NCBI GenBank assembly: GCA_038087875.1
Contig: CM075988.1
Location: 8,060,001-8,124,000, forward strand
DNA: 64,000 nt
Direction of reading: 5' to 3'
From: Malacoraja senta
Lineage: Eukaryota
The notes under the pieces: generated by a model
Databases searched by the model: none
Told to the model about the DNA's origin: nothing
What the model saw: only the letters and a program-made list of their open reading frames with translations
Shown here: piece by piece, positions 1 through 12,367 of the stretch
How the letters are laid out: every line of letters starts with the position of its first letter
Numbering within the stretch: position 1 is the stretch's first letter
Program-made: the position numbers and the translations under genes

Positions 1-255
1 CAGCAGTATGAAACATTGACTTCTCTAACTTCAAATAGCCCTTGCTTTCCCTCTCTCTCCATCCCCTCCCCCTTCCCAGTTCTCCTACCAGTCGTACTGT
101 CTCCGTCTTCATTATATCTTTGTCCTGCCCACTCCCCTGACATCAGTCTGAAGAAGGATCTCGACCCGAAAATTCACCCATTCCTTCTCCCCAGAGATGC
201 TGCCTGTCCTGCTGAGTTACTCCAGCATTTTGTGTCTACCTTCGTTTTAAGCTAA
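1..255 (+). mobile_element. Penelope-like element 3' end with pseudo-LTR
   Basis: End of the GIY-YIG ORF (MNIDFSNF) followed by a pLTR with a degenerate hammerhead core at 148. Confidence 0.85.
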
Positions 256-1221
256 ACTTAAATTTGCCTTGGCTCTGAACAACTTGACGGTGCCTGCAGT
301 TTGAGCTCGGACTTAAGGTGCAGCACCATGAAGAAGCCCTTGCAGTTTTCTCTCACAGTGCAACCACAGTGGTGTTGCGATGCCTCCAGTCTGCTTTCAC
401 ACGGCACCTCCCATTGCACAGTTGCCAGGTGTGCCTGCCACACGCTTCCCCGAATTGGCCCCACCATGCAGTCACTAAATCAAGGTTGGTGTGCCCTGAG
501 TCCATGGTGCCCCATTCCCGCTGTGGAGGTGTGAGCTCATGCTGCCCAGTTCTGACCCAGCCAGAGCCAACAGGCCTGGCTACCTCCCATGTAATGGGTG
601 GCTGCCTGGAACATGCTCACGCACTCAGAGTGAGTGCAAGGAGGGAAGTAATACCAGGTCATTGGACCTTCACACCACTCGTGGACTTCCCATCCAGAGG
701 TGGGACCCTCCACGAACTTGAAGTCTGCACAGTGTCGCAACTTGTAGAATTGCTGCCTCATGGCTCCAGAGACTCGGGTTCGATCCAAATTGCAATGCTG
801 TCTGTGTGGAGTTCACACGTTCTCTCTGTGACTGCATGGATTTCCCTGGGTGCTCTGGTTTCCCCCCATATCCTAAAGATGTGTGGGTTCATAGGTTAAC
901 TGGCCCTGGTGTATTGGTGATTGATCGAGTTTCAGGGGAATTGACCGGAATGTGAGGAGAATAAACTGGGATGAGTGTGGTTGATTTGTGTGGACTGGAG
1001 GGTCAGTTTCTCTCTGTATGTCTCTGACACTCAATATACCAGACTCTGAGCAAAGAGCACATACAGAGGTCCAGCACCCAGCACGAGGTATGTACATTCA
1101 CATTGCAATTGCTTTGTCTGCAACATGAGCCATGCCATCATCCAAGGTGGCTTATCAGTCTTCTCCCCGAGTCAGAACAGGTGAAAGGTTCAAGATTCAG
1201 GATTTGAACAAGGAAGCACAG

Positions 1222-1410
1222 GGACCTGCAGATTCTGGTTAGATTTTCAAGAAAAGGCACAAAATGCTGGAGTAACTCATGAGGTCAGGCAGCATCTCGA
1301 GAGAACATGGACTGAAGGAGGGTCCCGATCCAAAATGTGACCTATACATGTTCTCCAAACATGCTACCTGACCCCGCTGAGTTACTCCAGCACTTTGTGT
1401 CTTTTTTTGA
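1222..1410. repeat. Inverted pair of PLE pLTR fragments
   Basis: tgctggagtaactca...ggcagcat mirrored by atgctacctga...tgagttactccagca. Confidence 0.8.
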
Positions 1411-2375
1411 ATATGGAATCTAGGTCACCACACCAGTGGAGTTCAATGCAAGACGGAACTCTGAATGAAGCATGAATGAAAGCTGTTCTGTATGCAGGGA
1501 TGTATTATCTGTTGACAGCACCAACAATATTGATTGTGCCTTTGTAGGATATTTCTAATGCCCCAAGTCCTTCAGGTTATTGTAGATGCTGCTTTTCACC
1601 TCTAGAGAGCAGCATTAGCTCATAGTTGCTCTGTGATCAAAATCCTTCATTTCACCTTCTCTGTTCGGCTCCCAATGTGACTGGAGTACAGTTTCACAGG
1701 TTCTAGCCACTCTCCAGGCTAGCATGCATCTCGACCATCAGGGCCAGCATGCTATTTAACCATGCTGCTCTGATCTCAGCCAGCGAGTTGAGTCTGTATC
1801 ACTGACTTGCGAGCAGTTTAATCCTAGGCTTGTTTAAGAAGGAACTGTAGATGCTGGAAAATCGAAGGTAGACAAAAATGCTGGAGAAACTCAGCGGGTG
1901 AGGCAGCATCTATGGAGCGAAGGAAATAGGCAACGTTTCAGGTTGAAACCCTTCTTCAGGCTTATCTCGCTTTTCCTCTATTTCTACCATGGCTCATTCA
2001 TTCTTATTAAAATATTTAGTACATCTTGTTTATCCTTAAAATAACCATTATCTATAAATGGCAGCAATTATCATGAAGTGGAGAATATTAGAAAGCCTAA
2101 GTGCATAATACAATCCGCAATATGACAAACATATGTTGATACATTGCCGATGTGTATGTCATGTTAATATATTAGTATTATATAATTTTAAAGTGTTGCA
2201 TAGGATACATAGCTATGTGTGTTGTTGAAAAATATATGAAGCTCAATCATATGGTGTATCAGGTACTTGGGATGATGATTCCTGCAATATAGAACAGGAG
2301 ATAGAATATGTTAATATGGAAAGAAACCTATGTAACAATTTATTTATTAGCAGTGTGCAAAAGGGATTTTTTTTT

Positions 2376-2682
2376 AGTTCAGTTTAGAGATATAGTGTGG
2401 AAACAGGCCCTTCGGCCCACTGGGTCCATGCTGACCAGTGATCACCAACCAGTGTGTACACCAGTTCTATCCTACACACTCTAGAGACAATTTTACAGAG
2501 GCCAATTAACCTACAAACCTGCAGGTTTTTGGAATGTGGGTGGAAACCCGAACACCCGGAGAAAACCCACGCAGTCACAGAGAGAACGTCCAAACTCTAT
2601 ACAGACAGCACCCATAGGCAGGATCGAACCTGGCTCTCTGGTGCTGTAAGGCAGCAACTTTACTGCTGCGCCACTGTGCCAC
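2376..2682 (-). mobile_element. HE1-type tRNA-derived V-SINE
   Basis: tRNA head with A/B boxes, V-domain tccggtttcctcccaca, HER1-like tail. Confidence 0.9.
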
Positions 2683-2731
2683 TATATATTGTAAGAGAAT
2701 AATATGAATAACATTCTATTTCATTTTCAGT

Positions 2732-2866
2732 NNNNNNNNNNNNNNNNNNNNNNNNNNNNNNNNNNNNNNNNNNNNNNNNNNNNNNNNNNNNNNNNNNNNN
2801 NNNNNNNNNNNNNNNNNNNNNNNNNNNNNNNNNNNNNNNNNNNNNNNNNNNNNNNNNNNNNNNNNN
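2732..2866. other. Assembly gap (135 N)
   Basis: Run of N. Confidence 1.
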
Positions 2867-3669
2867 CGATGTTTAGCCCAGGACCAGCATTTGCTACTGA
2901 TTCAGAAAGCTGTGGACAAATCTCACATCATGAAATCGGCACAACATGTATATAGACTCTCCAGTGCATGTTAAACCCAAGCCCCATCTTCCTCCTTTCA
3001 TGTGGAAAGCCTGACATGGTGCTATCTGGATAACACCAATAATATTCTCTTTGGCCCGTGACCTATATTTATCTCTTAACATCAGCAAAACCAGTCACCT
3101 GGTCTTTTACCGTGTTACCGTTTCTATGAATTGGTTTCCACTTCATCTCTGTGTAGATAACATTAATGTCCAAGTCTAGGGATTGTTCGGTGGCACTTTA
3201 GCTGGTCCACCGTGATAATTCAGCTCCAGAAATACAGTTGGGCACGAGGCCAAGATGTGCTCTGTAACTGAGGTGTCCTTGTACAATGCAAGTGGCAGGT
3301 GTGAGAAGGAGTTTGGAAGAGGGCTGGGTTGGGGAAGAGGATATAGGCGCAGGGAGGGTGGAGAGAAGTTCGGGGGTCTGTTGGTGGGTGTGGTTGGGGT
3401 GAGGATAGGCCACCAGTGGCTGGTGAGTAGTGGGGATTCAGAAGCTTGGAGGGAGTTGGTAACTGAGTCAATGGTTCCATGGTTCTTTATTGTCACGTAT
3501 GCACTGCACAGTGAAATTCTTTCTGCACGGCTCACACATGCACGAGTCGCCATATTTTGGTGCCAATTTTGGCATTGGGGTAATAATGATCAGTGGGAGG
3601 GGTGGAGTGAACGGTTGGGGTGGAGTAGGGGAGGGTCATCGTCAAGAAGTATGATTAGCAGTTGGAATG

Positions 3670-3912
3670 TGCAGGAATGAACTGCAGATACTAGTTTAAA
3701 TCGAAGATAGACACAAAAAGCTGGAGTATCTCAGTGGGTCAGGCAGCATCTCTGGAGAAAAAGGAATAAGTTGTGTTTGGGGTCGAGATCCTTCTTCAGA
3801 CTGAAGACTGAAAACTTCTTCAGACTGAAGAAGGGTCTCGACCCATAACATCACCTATTGCTTTTCTCCGGAGATGCAGCCTAACCCGCTGAGTTACTGC
3901 AGTTTTTTGTGA
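3670..3912. repeat. Fold-back palindrome of PLE pLTR with duplicated axis
   Basis: Arms mirror around cttcttcagactgaaga, which occurs twice. Confidence 0.88.
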
Positions 3913-4142
3913 TTAGCAGTTGGAGTGGGTCGATGAGCTACTAGTGCCATCAGGAGCTTGTGTAGGTGGTCTAGGAGCCCTGGGCATTGTACAGTAGAGG
4001 GGGTTTTGTTTCATGTTTGTGCCGTGGGCCAGGCGGTGGTGGGCATGGTTACAGTCATATACGTGGTGGAACTCATGATTTTATATATCTTTGTAAAAAT
4101 CATCCTCATCCCACTGCGCTGCAAGGAATTAAGCCCTGTCTT

Positions 4143-4432
4143 TTCGTTTTAGTTTAGAGATTCAGCAGGGAAACAGGCCCTTCGGCCCACCATGTCTGCA
4201 CCGATCCCCGCACATTAACACTACCCTACACACAGAGGTACAATTGTACATTCATACCAAGCTAATTAACCTACAAACCTGTACATCTTTGGAGGGTGGG
4301 AGGAAACTGAAGATCTCTGAGAAAACCTATGCAGGTCACGGGGAGAAGTACAAACTCCATAGAGACAAGGATCGAACCCGGGTCTCTGGCGCTGTAAGGC
4401 AGTAGTTCTACCGCTATGCTGCCATGCCACCG
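4143..4432 (-). mobile_element. HE1-type SINE
   Basis: Same consensus blocks. Confidence 0.88.
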
Positions 4433-4454
4433 TGCTATTGTGCTGTCATTATAG

Positions 4455-4760
4455 ATCAGTGCCTCAAGTCCTGGCAACATCCTCGTACATCTTCTCCGCA
4501 CTCTTTCCTTTAATGACATCCTTCCTGTGGCAGGGTGAACAAAACTGAACACAATCCTCCAAGTGCGGCCTCACCAATGTCTTCCACAACTGTAACATAA
4601 TGTCCCAAATTGTACATTCTGCAGCCTGATTGATGAAGGCCAATGTACCAGAACCCTTCTTTAACACTTTCAGGGAAGCCACCTTCAGGAGACTATTTAC
4701 ATAGACTCCTAGATTCCTCTGCTCTGTCATGTTACCTGGGTCTATACATTGAAATGGAAC
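4455..4760 (-). mobile_element. CR1 fragment
   Basis: LQLWKTLVRPHLEDCVQFCSP. Confidence 0.85.
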
Positions 4761-4831
4761 CATGCAGTTATGCCTAGATTGCTGTTATCTACTGCTGCCC
4801 TGTGCCCCTTACTTTGGTGTCTGTTTGGCAG

Positions 4832-4973
4832 GTGATGGGAAGACGTTGATGAAGACTTTCTGCTCTCCAAAGGCTCAGCATCATGGTTTTGGGCTAAGGA
4901 TGGTTGACGCTCTTCCTCCTCCTCCCCCTCACCCTGTGCAGGGACCTGGACCAATGCGCAGCACAGAGGAACG
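4832..4973 (+). CDS. ROBO4: ROBO4-like internal exon carrying the CC2 proline motif (GDGKTLMKTFCSPK...VDALPPPPPHPVQGPGPMRSTEER)
   Basis: Acceptor tgtctgtttggcag and donor CG|gtaagg; open frame with LPPPP; the phase-2 end joins G at 11262 to give CGG. Confidence 0.85.
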
Positions 4974-5140
4974 GTAAGGGCTATTCCATAGTTCTGAGCA
5001 AACAGGAGACAATGGAAGGGGCAGCACTTTAATTTGTCCCCGGGAGGCATTATTTTGAAGGAAAGTGGCAGCAACCACACTCTGGTCCCACGTTGGAGCG
5101 GGAGAGGCACATGAGTTAAAGACACAACGTTGATGCTCAG

Positions 5141-7316
5141 GAGTGTGTAGAAAGGAACTGCAGATGCTGGTTTAAACCAAAGATGGACACAAAATGGTGG
5201 AGCAACTCAGCGGGACAGGCAGCATCTCTGGAGAGAAGGAATGGGTGACGTTTTTGGTCGAGACCCTTTTTTAACTCCTTTAACACTTTAACGCTGCCTC
5301 CCATTCCCACACTGACCTTTCTGTCCTGGGCTTCAACCATCGTCAGAATGAGGCCCAACGCATATTGGTGAACCAACACCTCATATTTCGCTTGGGCAGC
5401 TTACACCCCAGCAGTATGAATATTGACAATTATTAAAGAAACACTAACGGGGCACTTGGATAAACATGACTTCATCGGACAGAACCAGCATGGTTTTGTG
5501 AAGGGGAAGTCCTGTTTAACGAATCTGCTCGAATTCTTTGAGGAAGTAACAACCCGGGTGGATAAAGGGGAACCGGTGGATGTGGTATACTTGGACTTCC
5601 AAAAGGCTTTTGACAAGGTGCCACATAAGAGACTATTGCTAAAAATAAAAAATTATGGGATTGGGGGTAATATATTAGCATGGGTAGAGGATTGGCTAAC
5701 AAATAGGAAGCAGAGAGTGGGGATAAATGGTTCATACTCGGGATGGCAACCGGTAACTAGCGGGGTTCCGCAAGGGTCAGTGCTGGGACCCCAGTTGTTC
5801 ACAATTTATATAAATGATTTGGAGGAGGGAACCAAGTGTAATATATCAAAATTTGCGGACGATACAAAAATGGGAGGAAAAGTAGGGGATGAGGAGGATA
5901 GGAAGAGTCTGCAAAAGGATATAGATAAGCTAGGTGAGTGGGCAACAACTTGGCAGATGAAATTTAATACTAATAAATGTGAAGTCATTCACTTTGGGAA
6001 AAAAAATGATAGGGCAAGTTATTTTCTAAATGAGGTGGAGCTGCGTTGTAATGCAACGCAAAGGGATCTAGGGGTAGTAGTACATGAATCACTAAAAGTT
6101 AGTATGCAGGTGCAGCAAGCAATCAGGAAGGCCAATGGAGTTTTGGCCTTTATTGCTAGGGGGATTGAGTATAAAAACACGGAGGTCTTGCTGCAGCTGT
6201 ACATAGTATTAGTGAGACCACATTTGGAATACTGTGTACAGTTCTGGGGTCCATACTTAAGAAAGGATGTACTGGCCCTGGAGGCAGTGCAGCGAAGGTT
6301 TACAAGATTAATTCCTGCAATGAGGGGATTGACATATGAGGAAAGGTTAAGTAGGCTGGAACTCTACTCTTTGGAGTTTAGAAGAATGAGAGGCGATCTC
6401 ATTGAAACATATAAGATCGTGAGGGGCCTTGATCGGGTGGATGCACCGAGGATGTTCCCAATGATCGGGGAAACTAGAACTAGGGGACATAGTTGTAGAA
6501 TAAGAGGGGGCTCTTTTAAAACTGAGATGAGGAAGAACTTCTTCACCCAGAGGGTGGTTAATTTATGGAATTCACTGCCCCAGGGAGCAGTGGAAGCAGA
6601 AACATTAAATATATTTAAGTCTAAAATAGATGGTTTTTTAGCTGCCAAGGGGATAAGGGGCTACGGGGAGAGGGCAGGGATATGGACCTAGGTATGGTTA
6701 GTATAGTAAGACCTGAGTGATCTCCTGGACAAGTGTCGATCGCCTGGATTGGGGTCGGAGAGGAATTTCCCGGATTTTTTTCCCGAATTGGACCTGGGTT
6801 TTTATCCGTTTTTTTGCCTCCCCCAGGAGATCACGCGGTTCTTGGGGTGGAGAGGGGTGATAGCGATATAAAGGGGAGGGTAGTGTCTTGTGTTCTGTGT
6901 CTTGTGTCTACTGTTTGTGGGTAAGGGTGTCTGTTTAGTGTTCAGCCATGAGCGAATGGCGGTGCGGGCTCGATGGGCCTGGTGGTCTACTCTCGCACCT
7001 ACTTTCTATGTTCTATGTTTCTATGTTTCAAGTAACCCTTGCTTTCCCTCTCTCTCCATCCCTCCCCTTCCCAGTTCTCCGACCAGTCTGACTGTCCCCC
7101 TGATTATATTTTATCTCTATTTGCTTTGTTGTCCCCTTCTCCTCGCTAACAATGATCTATTCTACAATTTCCTTGAACTGCATCTCTTTTGATGTCTCAG
7201 TTTCACACCCTACTCTTCCTTATTTCTGTGTCTTGCCTCCACATGTCACCCATTCCTTCTATCCAGGTGCTGCCTATCCCACTGAGTTACTCCAGCATTT
7301 TGTGTCTATCTTCAGT
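5141..7316 (+). mobile_element. 5'-truncated Penelope-like element with inverted pLTR (5141-5270), split by a CR1 insertion
   Basis: Endonuclease tail (HLIFRLGSLHPSSMNID) stops at 5427 and the element resumes at about 7027 (tttcaagtaacccttgc). Confidence 0.85.
5428..7029 (+). mobile_element. Young 5'-truncated CR1 LINE with an open RT frame to 6691, 3' UTR and (TTCTATG)n tail
   Basis: QHGF.KGKSCLTNLLEFF, YLDFQKAFDKV, GVPQGSVLGP, FADD and RPHLEYCVQFW motifs; no stops over about 420 aa. Confidence 0.96.
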
Positions 7317-7349
7317 TAATGCTCTCCAAGTTGAGTATCTGAGGTGTTT

Positions 7350-7682
7350 TGTTAGAGATACAGTGCGGAAACAACCCTTTGGCCCACTGTGTCTGTGCCA
7401 TACGGTGAACCCCTTACACTAGCTCAATCCCACACACTTGGGACAATTTACATTATGTTATTGATGCCAATTAACCTACAACCTGGACGTCTTTGGTGTG
7501 CGGGAGGAAACCGGAGCACCCGGGAAAATCCACGCCGTCATGGGGAGAATGTACAAACTCCATACAGACAAGCACCCGTAGTCAGGATCGAACCCGGGTC
7601 TCAGACACTGTAAGGCAGCAACTTACTTTGGCAGCTACACTATAAGGCAGCAACTTACTATGTTCTGCCACCATGACGCCCC
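7350..7682 (-). mobile_element. HE1-type SINE
   Basis: Same consensus blocks with a small internal duplication. Confidence 0.85.
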
Positions 7683-7764
7683 CGATGTGCATGGATTGGT
7701 TTTGGTTTTTGATGGTGTTGGATGAGACTATAAAGCACTCCCACCTATCAACGAATGTGTATTG

Positions 7765-8290
7765 CAGGCATTTATATTTGCAGTTCTGGTCGCCTCATCA
7801 CAGGAACCTTGTGGGGGTTTTGGAGAGGGTGTGGAAGTGGTTCACTAAAATGTTGCCTGGGTTAGAAGGTAATAGTTATAAGCAGAGGTTGGTTTTGGAT
7901 TATTTTCTCTGGAACGACAATGGGTGAGAGAAGACTTGCTAGAAGTATGTAAACAACAAGAGAGGCATAGATAGGGTAGACAGTCAGAATAATTTCCCCA
8001 GGGTGGAAATGTCAAAGACTAGAGTGCAAAGCTTCAAGGTGAAAAGGGGCAATGTTTAAAGGAGATGTGCGGGGTAATTGTTTTGACAGTAACAGTGGTG
8101 GCTGTGTGTAATACTCTGCCAGTGTTGGTGGTGTAGGCAAGTATGACTGTTGTTCAAAAGGCTGTTCCACAGGTATATGGATATGGAGGGATATGGATCA
8201 TGTGCAGACAGATGAGGTTAGTTTATCTTGGTATCATGTTCGACATGTATACTGCGGGCCAAAGCGTCTGTTCTTGTGGTCTACCTTTCT
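7765..8290 (+). mobile_element. Decayed CR1/HER1 3' fragment
   Basis: QFWSPH and FTKMLPGLE remnants plus HER1-type tail. Confidence 0.8.
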
Positions 8291-8294
8291 CGGT

Positions 8295-8522
8295 GTGAAA
8301 AGGAGCTGCAGATGCTGCTTTATACCTGTGATAGACACAAAGTGCTGGAGCAACTCAGCGGGTCAGGCAGCATCACTGGAGAAAAGGGATGCGTGGCTCT
8401 TCGGCCCGGGACCCTTCACCAGTCTAAAGAAGGTTCGCAGCCCGAAAAGTCACCCATCCTTTTTCTCCAGAGATGCTGCCTGACCCGCTGAGTTGCTCCA
8501 GCACTTTGTGTCTATCTTCTGT
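8295..8522. repeat. Fold-back palindrome of PLE pLTR
   Basis: atagacacaaagtgctggagcaactcagcgggtcaggcagcatc mirrored exactly near 8473-8516. Confidence 0.88.
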
Positions 8523-9225
8523 ATCTTTCTATGTTCTGTATAAATAGCTTGGTGAATGGCAATCAGTATGATTAAGAACACCTTCCATTGGGTGGACCAA
8601 GAAGGAAATATCATGAAATTAGAATGATACAATTCTGGGGGAAACCAGGAAGCATTTTGATGGTGTGGTGGAAATGAATAACCAATTCCTCAGTGAGGCT
8701 GTGAATACAGGATCAATTCAATTTCTGAGAGAGATAAATAAATAGATTATTTTTAATTGGACGTGGTCACAAAGGAACATAGATCAAAGGCAGAAGCAGA
8801 ATTACAGAGCAGCAATGATCTGGACATATGGCATCAAAATGGTGCAGTTATGGGCTGGCAAGACAGACACATAGACACACCATCTGGAATAGTGGATTCA
8901 AACTAACACTGAGGCAGCCAAGGAATTCAAATTCACTGAGATAAATATATTTGGAATGAAGTCATGAGGAATGACAAAGGTGACTGCGCAGCAACTGGTT
9001 TGTTGAAAAAAGAATAATCAGGTTTACAAATGTACTTCTACCATGCTTACTAAGTCCAGCTGCATCACTCCAGTGTCATTGACTCTTGGGCTGCTCTTGT
9101 TAACAGTCGAGAGTGTTTAATAGTCATATGGACTGATAATAGGACAATGGAATTCTGACTTGCTGCAGCTCAGCAGGCCTGTAAACGCAATAACATACAG
9201 AGAAAGACGTTTAAGAGACACTTGA

Positions 9226-9530
9226 GGGCGGCACGGTGGCACAGCGGTAGAGTTGCTGCCTTACAGCGCCAGAGACCCGGGATCGATCCTGATTACTGGT
9301 GCTGTCTGTACGGAGTTTGAACGTTCTCCCCGTGACCATGGGAATTTTCCTTGGGTACTCCGGTTTCCTCCCACACTCCAAAGATGTACAGGTTTGTAGG
9401 TTAATTGGCTTTGGTAAAGATTGAAAATTCTCCCTAGTGTGTACGATCATGCTAGCATACGTGGATCGCTGGCTGGCACGGACTCGGTGGGGCGAAGAGC
9501 CTGTTTCCGCACTGTAGCTCCAAACTAAAC
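9226..9530 (+). mobile_element. HE1-type SINE, full length
   Basis: ggcggcacggtggcacagcggtagagttgctgccttacagcgcc...aaactaaac. Confidence 0.92.
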
Positions 9531-9805
9531 AGTTCGACAGGTAGATAGGCACAAAAAGCTGGAGTAACTCAGCGGGTCAGACAGCATCTCTGGAGAAATG
9601 GAATAGGTGACGCTTTGGGTCAAGACCCTTCTTCAGATAGGTAAATGGATAGGAGAGGTTTAGAGGGATATGGGCCAAATGCTGGCAGGTGAGACGTATA
9701 GATGAAGCATGTCAGTCGGCGTGGGCAAGCAGGGCCGAAGGACCTGTTTCAATGCTGTATGACTATGACTAAATATACAATAATTTAGAATGCAATAATA
9801 AATTA

Positions 9806-10790
9806 ATGGTGGAAGGTGGCTTCTCGGACTGGAGGCCTGTGGCTAGTGGTGTGCCTCAGTGTTCGGTGCTGGCTCCATTATTGTTTGTCATCTACATGAA
9901 TGATTTGGATGAGAACATACACGGCAAGATGAGCAAGTTTACCGATGATACAAAAGTGGGAGGTTTTGCAGATTGTAAAGATTGCAGCAGGTTCTTGAAT
10001 GATTGGCCAGGTGGGCTGAGGAATGGTTGATGGAATTTAATACAGGGAAATGTGAGGTGTTGCATTTTAGGAAGTCTAACATGGGCAGGAACTATGGTAG
10101 GGCTCTGGGGAGTGTTGTAGATAAGAGGGTTCTGCATGGTTCCTTGAAGGTCGAGTCGCAGGTAGATAGGGTGGTCAAAAAGGCGTTTGGCACATTGGCC
10201 TTTATTAATCAGAGTATTGAGTATAGAAGTTGGGAGGTCATGTTGCAGTTGTATGAGACATTGGTGAGGCTGCATTTAGAGTTTTGTGTTCATTTCGGGG
10301 CACTATATTATAGAAACGATGTTGTCAAGCTGGAAAGGGTACAGAGAATGTATACAAGGATGTTGCCAGGTCTAGAGGGTCTGAGCTATAGGGAAAGGTT
10401 GAGTAGGCTGGGACTCTATTCCTTGGAGCGCAGGAGGATGAGGGGTGATCTTATTGAGGTGTATAAAGTCATGAGAGGAATAGATCGGGTAGATGCAGAG
10501 TTGCTTGCCCAGAGTAGGTGAATTGAGGACCAGAGGACATGGGTTTAAGGTGAAGGGGAAAAGATTTAATAGGAATCTGAGGGGTAACTTTTTCACACCA
10601 GTGGATGTATGGGACAAGCTGCCAGAGCAGGTAATTGAGGCAGGGACTATCCCAACATTTAAGAAACAGTTAGACAGGTACATGGATAGGACAGGTTTGA
10701 AGGGATATGGACCAAATGCGAGCTGGTGGGACTAGTGTAGCTGGTATATGTTGACCGATATGAGCAAGTTGGGCTGAAGGGTCTGTTTCA
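9806..10790 (+). mobile_element. CR1/HER1 LINE 3' fragment (frameshifted RT C-terminus)
   Basis: SGVPQCSVLAPLLFVIY, KFTDDTK and LGLYSLERRRMRGDLIEVYK. Confidence 0.92.
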
Positions 10791-11261
10791 ATAGACAATA
10801 GGTACAGGAGTAGGCCATTCGGCCCTTCGAGCCAGCACCGCCATTCAATATGATCATGGCATGATCATCCACACTGTATCACTCTAAACTATGATATGGG
10901 GGTAATGCAATAAATGAATAACCCTACTACTGGGTATTATTCAGTTCAAGTGATGCCTTAAAAAAACCTATCTGAATGAAAGGGCCTGAACACCAAAATA
11001 GCCTGTCATCTAGAACCACCAACAATGCAAGGGAGCCTACAGCACATCACCAGGCTGTTAACAAACCAAATTCAATCAAAGCTATACATGGAGATATAAG
11101 AGCACATAGTAACGCGTTGGATTTTACAAATGCCTTACAAGATTGGAGAGACACAAAACTGTGGGGTGAACTATGGTTGTTCTTGCCTTCCTCACATCCA
11201 CCTCTTAGCATGCGGATCTTCAGTAAGGCAAAGGCTCACTGACACTGCTCTTTTGTTTCAG

Positions 11262-11486
11262 GCAAAGCAGAGCCGCAAAGAATTCTGAATCAAGTGCGAT
11301 CTCGCCAGGAAGGCAGAGGAGGGAATACTGTGCTCCCTCTGAAGACACGTTGCCCAGTCAGTCCAGGTGCTACAGCCTTCAGTCCACTGCCACCCTCCCA
11401 TTGTCTGCAGGCTACAACACTGAAAGGGAACTTTGTCCAGAACGAGGGGCTCAGTACCTGGAGCTAACAGATGAGGGCAGACAAAG
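11262..11486 (+). CDS. ROBO4: ROBO4-like internal exon (QSRAAKNSESS...ELCPERGAQYLELTDEGRQR)
   Basis: Acceptor ctcttttgtttcag and donor AG|gtttga; 225 nt open, phase 2-2; end resembles mammalian ROBO4 LTPEEVALCLELSEG. Confidence 0.8.
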
Positions 11487-11827
11487 GTTTGAGAAGGAAC
11501 CTTTCTAATTTTCTAACTTTTCTGTCGCTTTGCGCTTGACAGCCGCTGCCCCACAATGGCGGAGACCCGGGTTCAATCATAACCTTGTGGAGTTTGCACG
11601 TTCCCCTGTGTGATCATGTAGGTTTTCTCCGACTCTGGGTTCTCCTGCTTCCTTCCACATCTGAAGGAAATGCAGGGTTAATTGACCACTAAATTGTCCC
11701 AAATGTGGAGGCAAGTGGTAGAATCTAAGGGCGACATTAATAAGAATGTAGGGAGAGTAAAAAGTGATTAATGCAAAATTAATATAAAAGGATGCTTATG
11801 GGTCAGTGTGGACTTGATGGGCAGAAG

Positions 11828-12127
11828 GGACAGCACAGTGGTGCAGAGGTAGAGTATCTGCCTTACAGCTCCAGAGACACAGGTTTGATCTTGACTACCA
11901 ATGCTGTCTGTACAGAATTGTACATTCTCCCTGTGATCACGTGGGTTCACTCCAGGTGCTCAGCTTTCCTCCCACTTTCCAAAGACGTGCAGATTTGTAT
12001 GTTAATTGACTTCTGTAAATTGTCCCTATTGTGTAGGATAGAACTAGTGTGAATGAGTGATCGTTGGTCGGTGTGGACTCGGAGGTCTGAAGGCCCAAAT
12101 TCCACGCTGTATCTCTAAACTGAACTC
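11828..12127 (+). mobile_element. HE1-type SINE nested in the tail of an older V-SINE (about 11555-12160)
   Basis: Consensus blocks; host tail gggcagaagg...ggacctgtttc is split around it. Confidence 0.85.
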
Positions 12128-12367
12128 AGGACCTGTTTCGGTGCTGTATGTTTCTATGAGCAGTCTGAAGTGTGACCCAACAGAACCACTTTAAATAAAC
12201 ATCCTTAACAATAGGGATCGGATGTTATTACCACAGGAAGAAATGGTGTTCTGCAGGATCATGAATGTAAGATTTTCCCTAACGAACCCCACAGTGATCT
12301 CGAGAGAAATGTCCTTATCCATCTTATCTGCAGACTGGTGAGAATGTGAAATGATCCTTTTCAAAGG

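Noticed and set aside
301-899. GC-rich region with overlapping ORFs (77 aa and 193 aa) as a possible upstream ROBO4 exon
   Set aside because: No Robo motif in any frame, no convincing acceptor, and the long ORF runs into a V-SINE at about 728
5423-6691. 422-aa ORF as a host gene
   Set aside because: It is the 5'-truncated ORF2 of a CR1 LINE; the listed start is a TTG in flanking PLE sequence
9226-9300. tRNA gene-like A/B boxes at SINE heads
   Set aside because: They continue into the V-domain and LINE tail, so they are SINE heads, not tRNA genes
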